Assembly: GCA_951406725.2 (NCBI GenBank)
Contig: OX597824.1
Location: forward strand, 60,388,001-60,452,000
DNA: 64,000 bases
Direction of reading: 5' to 3'
Origin: Octopus vulgaris
Taxonomy: Eukaryota
In this document: one piece after another, positions 53,761 through 64,000 of the stretch
Position numbering within the stretch: the stretch's first letter is position 1
Layout: every line of letters starts with the position of its first letter
Program-made: the position numbers and the translations under genes
Notes under the pieces: generated by a model
Database searches by the model: none
What the model was told of the DNA's origin: nothing
What the model saw: the letters and a program-made list of their open reading frames with translations, nothing else

Positions 53761-54610
53761 TTGTGTGTGTATACACATGTATCAATATGTATGTATTTAT
53801 AAATGTGCATAATATGTGTATGTGTGTGTGTTTGTATGTGTATATATATATATATATATGAAATGAAATGGAGTTGAAAATATACTTGGAGTCTTTAAGA
53901 AGATTCATTTACATTAACTTAGTTTAACAATTTCATGATTTTCCCAAGTAGTGTAAGATGGGAAAATGTGGAACTATACCACAGTTGTCTCACCTCTGTT
54001 AAGATAGTTCCACAACTCTCCATTTTACACTAATTTTAAAAAACAGGAAATTGTGAAACTGGTTAAGTTAAAGTAAATAAATTTTCTTAAAACTTCAAGT
54101 GCATTTTTGATTTCAATTCTTTATACTTCTATATTTACATAAGTATGTTTATATAAGTATAAAGAAATATACATGTATGCTTATACATGTGTATCTATTC
54201 AAGTATGTATATAGATGTGTGTGTTTATATTTGTGTGCATTTATATATATGTATACATATATATAGTTAAAGAGAGACTCAAAGGCAGCTGAAAGTTTAG
54301 TGCCTTTTCTCTAGTAAAATTGGTTTCAAATGATGGAGCATATATTTATATATATCAGAGGTAATGTAGTTCGCTAGATTGTTCTGGAACAAATTATAAA
54401 GACAGTAGCAATGTTACAGCTATAATGCATGTTTTTCAAATGGTTTGCTTATTATGTTGTTCAATAAAAACATGAATACACATACATATACACACATGTA
54501 TTCACACTCATGCTTGTGTATGTATTGGTATGTATGTATGTGTGTGTGTGTGTGCATGTGTGCATATGTATATATTTATGTACATTTATGCATCAATGTA
54601 TGCATTCTCT

Positions 54611-54825
54611 AAGGTGGTGAACTGGCAGAAACGTTAGCATGCCGGGTGAAATGCTTCATGGTATTTTGTCTATCTTTACGTTCTGAATTTAAATTCCGCT
54701 GAGGTCGACTTTGCCTTTCATTCTTTCGGGGTTGATAAATTAAGTACTAGTTGCATACTGGGGTTGATCTAATCAACTGGACCCATCCCCCCAAATTTCA
54801 GGCCTTGTGCCTAGAGTAGAAAAAG
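54611..54825 (+). mobile_element. SINE family A copy
   Basis: Matches the family A consensus. Confidence 0.85.
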
Positions 54826-54858
54826 TACCTATGCATCCTCTTATTTCTATGTTTTACA

Positions 54859-56538
54859 CAGGGTGTCCCAGAATTTATCTATTTCAATAAAATCTTTTAA
54901 AAACTCACTTTTATGTATGTTTACCATGTTTAATATTCCTGTTGGATCCCAGTTTTCTCTCCATGATGTTTTTTTTTTCCAATTTGGTAGCAATCATTTT
55001 CTCTATCTCCATCCCCAGGGTGATGCAATAGTTAAGCTGAACTTTAAGAATGCATTCAGTTAGCAGTGTCGGAAATAACTCCTGAAATGCTTCAAAATGT
55101 GTTTTGCAATACTAAGGATAGATTTGAAATTTGCAGGGATACAGATGGAGCACATGTTGCAAATTTTCAATAAAGTCTTCATGTAAGATTTATAAATCTA
55201 TTTGTTTTAGTATCATAATTAAGTAATAAACATAAAAATTCTGTCAGTTTTTTTAAAATTTGTCCAATTTCATTGAAATATTGGGTCATCCCATAAATAA
55301 TGTAGTTTTTCTTTTATACTTCTTTAATTTTTCAAAACTAAGATAAACAAAGTTTTTTTTTATCTAAAATATACTCTCCTTCATTTTCTACAATGCTTTT
55401 CCATCTGTCTGGTAGACTTGCAAGACACCTCTTCCAAAGTTCACTTGTCCGTGACAAAAAATACTCCTCCAGTACTGTTCTGACCTCATCTACAGAATTC
55501 ATATTTTTTCTGTCCAAATGGTTATAAAGACCGCGGAATAAATGATAATCAGATGGGGCAATGTCTGGTGAATATGTTTCCCATTCAAACAGCTCCAGCC
55601 TTTGGAATGTCATCCTTGCTGTATGTGGCTGAGCATTATCCTGATGGAAGAACACCTTTTGTCTTGAAACCAAAGATGATCCTTTCTTTCTAGTGCTGAC
55701 TTAATCTGCTCTAGCTGCTTGCAGTAGATCTTTGTTATTGTTTGGTTTGGATTTAAAAGTTCAAAGTAGACTAAACTTTTCATATCCTACCAAATAACAA
55801 CTTACATGGGTAAAGACTTTCTTTAGCCTGGGGTCCTGGTGTTTCTCCTTTCCCTACCCACTGTCTTCAGCACTTAACATTTTTATAGAGAACCCATTTC
55901 TTGTCACCAGTCACTGTTCAGTCCAAAAAAAGTTCATTTGTGAGACATGACAAAGAAGAGCACACATTTACTCTCTGTGTGCAAATAGACTCAGAAAGTT
56001 TGTAGAATCCATTGACCCAATTTGCTGACTTTTCTAATGGCATGCAGGTGTTGATGAATGGTTGAATGACCAAATCCTAGCTCCTCAACAGTTACGATGG
56101 GATTTTGTTCCACCAGGGTTTGCAGGACATCCTTGTTGAGCTCTACAGATCTTCCAGGACGAGGCTGGTCTTCTATGCTGTAGTTTCTGAAAGCACCATT
56201 GACACTGGCTTAAACTTATTGTCCGATCCCCATATACTGCATTAATATTCCTCACACTTTCCATTGCATTGTTGCTTTTATTGAACTCATAAAGCAAAAT
56301 ATGCTGAATGTGTTTCTTTGTCACTTCCATTATAGTTTTGAAAAATAACTGTTAAAATTGAACTGCACTCTTCAGAACATGCACTCAGAATAAAGAGAAG
56401 GTAAAATTACTATCTGCATTTATAGCAAGTTGATGCAGGTAGTTTATCCCATCCCCCTCTGACTTTTAGTTCATGCAATTGAAAAAACTGCATTGTTTAT
56501 GAGATGACCCAACAGATAATTATTTCTGGGACACCCTG
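54859..56538 (+). mobile_element. Internally deleted Tc1/mariner-superfamily element hosting a nested mariner
   Basis: TIRs CAGGGTGTCCCAGAA at both ends. Residual C-terminus AVSEITPEMLQNVF...RFEICRDTDGAH. Confidence 0.75.
55281..56512 (-). mobile_element. Near full-length decayed mariner (DD34D) transposon
   Basis: ~30-bp TIRs TTGGGTCATC(C/T)CATAAA; TA target; motifs HQDNAQPH and YSPDIAPSDYHLF; N-terminal HTH ORF 56085-56330. Confidence 0.92.
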
Positions 56539-57159
56539 TATTTATACTTATGTCTATACACGTGTATGTGTGAATCCATGAACATACATGCATGAGTGTG
56601 AATGTATGTATGCATATATGCATCTATTCATGTACATACTGCATTTATATTCACTGTCACTCTCGGTTATTTGTGCATAAATATCTTAAAACTTTTATTA
56701 TCTATTTATTTATTTATTGAATAGTGTAACGGGTAAACTATTTGAAAAATATGTATTATAGAAGGATGTTGTAATTGTTTTTATAGTTTGTTCCAGAACA
56801 ATCCGGAAAAATGCCATCACCAGTATATAAATATAGGACCCTCTATTTTGAAACTAGTTTGACAAGTGACAATGCATGAAATTCTCTGTCCTTGGGTCAC
56901 TCTGTAACTTATGCTGGTTCTTAATAAAAAAAAATGTATATATACTCATGTTTTGAATTCTATTTTCTCTTTACATCACCAAATCTCTCTACATATAATT
57001 TATATATATCCCAAAAAGTAAGAAAAGGAACAGGTAAAATACAGACTACTGCCACTTCGGCTGAAGCTTACTAACTTCCTACACTTGGATCTCTGGATCA
57101 TATTTACTTATTACAATGATGCATATGTGTGTGAATTAACGAAGCCAATATTGGTACCA

Positions 57160-57360
57160 GCCTTGTCTGGCACCTGTTCTGGTGGCACGTAAAAAGCATC
57201 AACTACACTCACAGAGTGGTTGGCATTAGGAAGGGCATCCAGCCGTAGAAACATTGCTAGATCAGACTGGGCCTGGTGCAGCCTTCTGGCTTCCCAGACC
57301 CCAGTTGAACCATCCAACCCATGCTAGCATGGAAAGCGGACGCTAAACGATGATGATGAG
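57160..57360 (+). mobile_element. RTE-type 3' tail
   Basis: Same tail as 53350-53545, ending in (GAT)n. Confidence 0.85.
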
Positions 57361-57873
57361 AATGATGATATGTTTGACAACAAAAGTCATGAAACAACAG
57401 TAACAACAATAATAATACCATTGATGCATTCAGTTAGTTTACTAGAAAGTGCAGGCAAGGTGTCTGTTATTGAATGTTAACATCATTTTCAGATATCATT
57501 TCGGAAAGATTTCGACACGGTTTAACCTAAATTTATAATTAATTTGGACAGATTATGATATTTTTTTTTTGTTATGTTTTGGATATTACACATTTATTCA
57601 GTTAACCTTAGTATTTGTCTGATACTTACATTTATCAGCTCTGAAAGGATAAAAGACAGAATGGATATGAGGAGTTAAATATTGCAAGTTACATCATTAC
57701 CCTACAGTACTAATTATCAAAGACAATGTTGTCCTTGACAGAAATTGAATTCAGAATATAAAGGATAATAACTAAGTACCGCAATATTCGAATAGGTCTG
57801 ACAATCTACAGTTAGCTTTAAGTTTTACAAAACTCCATAAAATATTTGTTATACTTTGAGAGGGTCATTCTGC

Positions 57874-57909
<36 letters not shown>

Positions 57910-57957
57910 GTGTGTGTGTAATATATATATATGCATATATATTATATATATATATCT

Positions 57958-58680
57958 ATATATATGCCATTATCTGCTTAGGGTGCGGTAATCTCAATAT
58001 ATAGGCCGAACAGGAATATCACTCCATCGAAGAGCCACCCATCACAAAGAACAAATCCGCCATCCACAATAGACAGATACAGGTCAGTGAACACATAGAA
58101 AGGTGTGCTAGGAACCTTAATCCTACCTTCCTAATTTTCCCCTTCTATCAGTGTTCACATAACACCTCATCACAGCAAAGAATGAAGAGGCAACTTTCAT
58201 CAATAAATTCCACCCACAACTAAACATGAACATATAACATAATACAGAACACTACTAACCTTACCAATTATATCACTAACTCCCATACATCCCATACACC
58301 ATTCTTATTACATTATTGTGGTTCAGTTAGGACAGATATAGATCTGTCCTAACTGAACTACTTAGCTCCCTTACACAATCGTTTTAGTCAGGGACTAGTA
58401 GAGTCAAGACCATTTGATAATTGGTGCGCATTCAAAGTCAGTGAACAGTAATTAACGGAACCAGTATGACTTTGAATCCCTTTAACAATTCATAATAATG
58501 ACTTTTATTCCTCTTAATTCTACCTCAGTTCATCTAATTGTATATATTTATCATTAGATTTCATAAAAAAGCCTATATTTTTTTGATATCCAATGTGCAT
58601 TTCTGCCTTTTTTCTTCTTGTTCTATATCTCTTCCACGTGTAGTTTCTATTTTCTTTTTGAAGCATATTTCTATTATATA
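57958..58680 (+). mobile_element. Penelope-like element 3' part (GIY-YIG remnant plus 3' repeat)
   Basis: IYAIICLGCG, then (frameshift) YIGRTGISLHRRATHHKEQIRHP, VSEHIERC and FINKFHPQLN. Flanked by (TA)n. Confidence 0.75.
58430..58477 (+). ncRNA. Hammerhead-like motif with G3:C8 swapped core (partly decayed)
   Basis: attcaaagtca-GTGAACA-gtaattaac-GGAA-ccag-TA-tgactttgaat, with a perfect 11-bp stem I. Confidence 0.6.
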
Positions 58681-58760
58681 TGTGTGTATATATATATATG
58701 TGTGTGTATATATATGTGTGTGTGTATACATATATATATAAATATATATATATATCTATC

Positions 58761-58821
<61 letters not shown>

Positions 58822-58921
58822 GTATATATATACCGGAGTAAACACATAAATGTGAAACAAGGTGGAAAAAAGAGTACTCAAATACCAGGGGTAGAGTAAT
58901 ATGCTTTAATATTTTATTATA

Positions 58922-58960
<39 letters not shown>

Positions 58961-59031
58961 TAAAGTTAATCCAAACATGAAAACACAACAACGCGTGGAT
59001 AGTATTATTGGACGCTCAGGAAAGAAGGAGG

Positions 59032-59066
59032 GTTTAATGTTTCGAGCAGAGCTCTTCATCAGAAAC
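59032..59066 (-). ncRNA. Minimal type I hammerhead motif in a Penelope-like terminal repeat (58960-59130)
   Basis: gttt-CTGATGA-a-gagc(tct)gctc-GAAA-ca-TT-aaac. Confidence 0.7.
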
Positions 59067-60539
59067 ATAGGAAAAGGAAAGATCCAAAGAAAGGAAGCCG
59101 GAGGATAAAAACCGCTAACAGTACACACACGATATATATATATATATATATACATACATACATATATTTCAGGTGTATTTCTCATATATTTCACAGCTAA
59201 GAAGCAGTGCACGATAACAGAATTTTTAACTTGAGTCAAATGTAACAAACTACTCCAAATTGTTGTTAGAGTATCTGCATAAGTAGATTCAAGAGTATCT
59301 ATATAAGTGGAGTAATTGTTTTAATCGAGGAAGGTTAACGTAATGGATGCATTTCCTATTCTATTACATAAACCTGAAACATATGTATCAAATGATTTCA
59401 AAATATCAGTTTAGTTTGACTTCATTATTACAACTACACACACACACGTGTGTGTATGCATGTATGGATACACACACACACACACACTTATATATAAACA
59501 GGCCATTCTGCCCATTAACACACACATACTGATTATTAATTAAGAATTGAACAACAACTAGAGTGTATTTTAATTGACATTTAGCAGAATGACCATCCCC
59601 AAAGAACAACAATATCTGTTTCAACTATAGTCAGTATGAGTTTTAATTGGTGATTGAGAAAATGACCATTCCCAAAGTACTGCAATATCACAGCTATCAC
59701 ATCATGAATCTTACAAAAAAAAAAAAAAAAAGGCAACAACAAAGGCAGTGAAGTGAGATCAACTGCCTTTTGTTGAATTCCAAACTAAATTATCATGAAT
59801 CATAAAAAAAATATTAATTATCAGTAATTAAGAACTAACACTAATTACTATATTGGCACAAGGTCTGAAATTCTATTCAGTGTGATAATGTATTGTTAAT
59901 CTAATTAATTTAACAGCAGATACATGGCCTCAAATTTGGTGAAGTGGTGGATATAGTTAATTTAACCAATTTAATGCATAAAGTTTAATTTTTATTTTAC
60001 AATTTATTATAATTTAATAATGCAAAAAAGCAACCAGTGTTGATGAAAAAGTCATAAATGGATGATTACACAACAGTTTGGATTCCCAAGAACTTAATAA
60101 AACTGATGAAGGTTAGTATTTAAAATTGAAATAAGTATCTTGTGTTACTGTCTGACGATCCTGTTTTAGGGAATACACTATGTATTAGCCCTTTTGATAA
60201 GAAGTCTTTTGTAACTGCTCCTGGTTCTATTATAAAATTCCCTGTTTTAATGTGATCTAAATTAAAATCTGCCATCAAGATTTCATGTTAATTTATATTC
60301 CAAACACTAGTTTTATAATGACAAAATCATTTAAATAAATTCTTCATTATTTTAAAAACTAATGGAAACAAGGACAGTATATTTTAGTGTAAATATGGTA
60401 AAAAAAAAAGTAATGTCTAACCTGGTTGGATTGGAACTCAAACTGTAACTCATTTCATAAAGGAAAAGTACTGAACACTACAAGGTATCTTATTAATTAT
60501 ATTCTTGATCTCCTCTATTGGCCTCTCCATTAAAATATT

Positions 60540-61500
60540 GATTTCTAACATAGACACAAGGCCACAATTTTAAAGGCAAGAGGGATATACATTCAATTAT
60601 AGCAACTCTAGTTTTCAAAAGTTTACTTTATTCTTATTGAAAATTAACCTCTGCAGTATCTGAACTCAGAATGTAAAGGATAGTAACTAAATATTGCAAG
60701 GCATTTTATCCCTGGTTTACAGTTTCTACTAATCTATTAATCATTTAATAATAATGATAACAACAATTTGTCCTACTTTTTACTATAGGCGCAGGGCCTG
60801 AAATTTTGGAGCAGAGGGCTAGTTGATTACATTGACTTCAATGTTCAACTGGTACTTATTTTAACAACTCCGTAAAGATGAAAAGCAAAGTTGACTATGG
60901 CAGAATTTGAAAGCTAGAAGAAGTGCTGTGAAGCATTTTATCCAGCGTGCTAATGATTCTGCTAGCTCACAACAACAACAACAATAATAATCCTTTCTAC
61001 TAAAGGCACAAGGCCTGAAATTTGGTGGAGGGGAATAGCCTATATTATAATAATAATAATAATGGCTTCTGATTTAGGTGCAAGGTCAACAATTATGGGA
61101 AGTTGATTACATCAACCCCAGAACTTGACTTGATATTTTCTTTTATTGACCCCAAAAAGATGGAAGGCAAAACTGACCTCACCAGGATTTGAATACAGAA
61201 TATAAAATAGTAAGAACAAATACTGCAAGGCATTTATTCTAATGCTCTAACAATGCTATTAGCTTGTCACTTTTGATAGTTATTGTTATTATTTCTAGCA
61301 CAGGTACAAAACCAGAAATATGAGGAAAAGGTGTTAGTCTGTTACATCAACCTCAGTACTTGACTGGTACTTTATTTTATTGACCTGGGAAGGAAGAAAG
61401 GTAAAGTCAATTTTGGTATGATTTAAAGACAGAATGTATAAAGGACCATAACTAAACACTACAAAGCACCTTGTTTGACATGCAAACAATTCTGTCATTC
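60540..61500 (-). mobile_element. Cluster of older SINE family A copies on the minus strand
   Basis: Repeated cacaaggcc...gattacat...ctggtactt...aaagtt/gaatttgaa motifs separated by (AAT)/(AAC)n. Confidence 0.65.
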
Positions 61501-64000
61501 AGATTTCTCTGTCAACTGTAATGCTTATTTATTCATATTGCTTGTAGTTAATCATGAGTTTCTTTGTAGCTTCAAGATTTTTATGAGGTGATTGTTTATA
61601 TTGAGAATGACACTGTAGGGTATATGTGAGAAGCCAGATTTGGCCAGTTTGAACATAAAAGAAGCAAAATATTTGGGCCAGATATGGCCAGTTTAAATGC
61701 TAAAGGGTCAATAACAATAACAACAATACTTCCTATGTTAATCACAAGGCCTCAGATTTGCAAGAAGGAGATAAAGTCATTTTGCTTAACCTTAATTCAT
61801 AACTGATGTTCAATTTACTAACTTGGAGAGATAACAGTCAATGTTGACCCTGATATGAGAGGTAGTTCAGTAGGTGCTCCTCCAACCCACCAAATGTAGA
61901 ATTAGCCATGATCATTTCAAGTCATGTACCACTCTATCTCAACTACAGCCCTAATCCAATTAATAAAATTTTTTCACATAGACCTAAGTCGACATACTTT
62001 TGTGGGAATGTATAGTTAGTTAGACAGGCACAGGGCTTTGATTTTGAGAGAGGATTAAGGGTAATTATAGTGACCACAGCACTTGAGTGGCACTTTTTAA
62101 TGACCTTGGAAGTATGAAAGACAAAGTTGATTTCAGTAGGATTTGCACTGAAGGTATAAATGGTTGTAACTTAATAACAACTATAATAATAACACCGGTA
62201 TTTTTATAAGTACCATATAGTAACAGTATATAAAATATTGGTAAAATGGGTTTATCATGTACGTACCTAACTCAGTTGTGATTGTGTCACTTCACTTATA
62301 GTTTTGATACTACACCAAGTCTCCCGAAGACATAAAGAATAATCTCCTCTAATGTATATCATTACAATCTGATTGATTTTGTAATAATCAGATATTTGAT
62401 CTAATTGGCAAGAATCTCTTGCATATTTTCTTCTGAATACACAAGTTATAAAGGTTGTGTGAAAGTTAATTAGTAAATCAGTGTTGTCTAGTGAAATATC
62501 AATTAGAGCTACTAATATTTAACGATTAACCTTCAGCACACTTAGGGGCATCATGTTACCATACAACGTTTCTCTCCTGTAACTCAAGTGCACTGTGTTG
62601 CATTGAGAGGGGAAAAAACTCGTACAGCGACATGATGTAGCAATAGCAATTTAAATGTTAGTGAGCATAGTGGGGAATAAGTGGCGTGGTGTTGGGGAAC
62701 TGGGCATGAAATAGGGCTTTCAATTCCAAGTTTGGAGTCATGGTATTTCTCTTAGATCACTTAGTGTCCCTGAGAAAAGGAATGAATGATGAAATTTTCA
62801 TGTAGATATATTGGATCAAATCAAAAATAATAAAACAGAAAACAGATTTAAAGTTGAATACAATTATTTATGAAATAAATAGGTTTAATTTAGTTATAAC
62901 AAAAAATGGGAATATGTGGTATTCAATATTTCCTAAAAAGCCCATTTTAGGAACTGAAACCAGATGGTAGAACTCATTGCAGAAAAACCTGTAACAAAGT
63001 AGTGTTCAATATCCTTAGATAGACATGGGTTTCTAATGAAAAGAGAAATGTATGAAAAGAGAAATGTATTTTCCAAGGGCATTAGTGGTCACTGAAAATA
63101 TAAATACAAATGGCTCCAAATGGGAATTAAAACTGAGTCCATTTTGAAAAACTGGACAATGGTTATTTTATAATAATGATTTCTTACACAGATACAAGGC
63201 CTAGAGGCTAGGGTTATAATCTATGAATAACTGCACCCCTTCTCCCACCATATATGACTGTCACTTTATTAACATTGGAACAAACAAAAGCAAAGTCAAC
63301 TATTGTGGGATTTAAAATGAGAACTTGAAGGTGTACAACTAATTACCACAAGGTATTTGGTTTACTGATCTACTATTTTTGCCTCTCCCTAACTCTGATG
63401 ATGATGATGATGACGATGATGACTTGGTAAGGATGAAGCTTTGATGTCATGGCTAAAGAGAAGTAATAAGAAGTAGTGATGTGTATACCTTGCCAATGGG
63501 CATTAGTGACTTAAGTGAAATAGTTTTGACTGAGAAGTGAAACTGGATTAAGAAATTTACAGTTAAATTCACTACTGCACTACATTTGCCTTTACACAAC
63601 AACAACAATAATAACAACCACAAGAGCTTTTAAATTCTAAAATCCAATAATGCTTCATATTAATTGACAGGCAGCAGCTTTTCAACAAGTACAACATAAA
63701 ACAAATCTAACATTTTACTCCTGAAGCAAAAATATTCCCCTCCTGTCTATGACTACTCCATGCTGTTGCTAATATAAATAAGATGGTGAGTGTTTTCAAT
63801 TGCTATTGGTGCATAGTTTCGGGTGAATGACCAACAAATATGTCACATATTTAGTTGAGTAATCACTAGAAATTGAAACCGTTAAATAAAAAATAATGTT
63901 TAGATCAATTGACGGCAACATTATGTGCCATATTTTAGGAATATAGACTTTTCAAAATGTTGGTTTATATAACCAAGTACCATTTTGTATTCTTTCAATG

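Noticed and set aside
60100-60140. CTGATGA...GAAA hammerhead-like string
   Set aside because: Stems I and III cannot be paired convincingly.

Overview
AT-rich, repeat-dense eukaryotic (non-bacterial) DNA. The SINE/LINE repertoire and microsatellite density resemble an octopus (coleoid cephalopod) genome, but this is an inference. Only one convincing host coding exon is visible: a TMEM229B-like membrane protein at 24561-25055 (+). The rest is transposon-derived: many tRNA-type SINEs, RTE, R4/Dong and Tx1 LINE remnants, hAT, mariner and piggyBac remnants, a five-unit head-to-tail array of composite non-autonomous Helitrons (14.5-23.2 kb), and several Penelope-like (GIY-YIG) remnants. The most interesting signal is a set of type I hammerhead ribozyme motifs read directly from the sequence. 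Three have intact cores and lie in a 508-bp tandem unit embedded in a ~1.07-kb near-perfect inverted duplication (8.0-10.7 kb). Two motifs in unrelated repeats carry a swapped G3:C8 core (GUGAACA), and several more are decayed. All family assignments come from motif recognition by eye, and boundaries of decayed elements are approximate.
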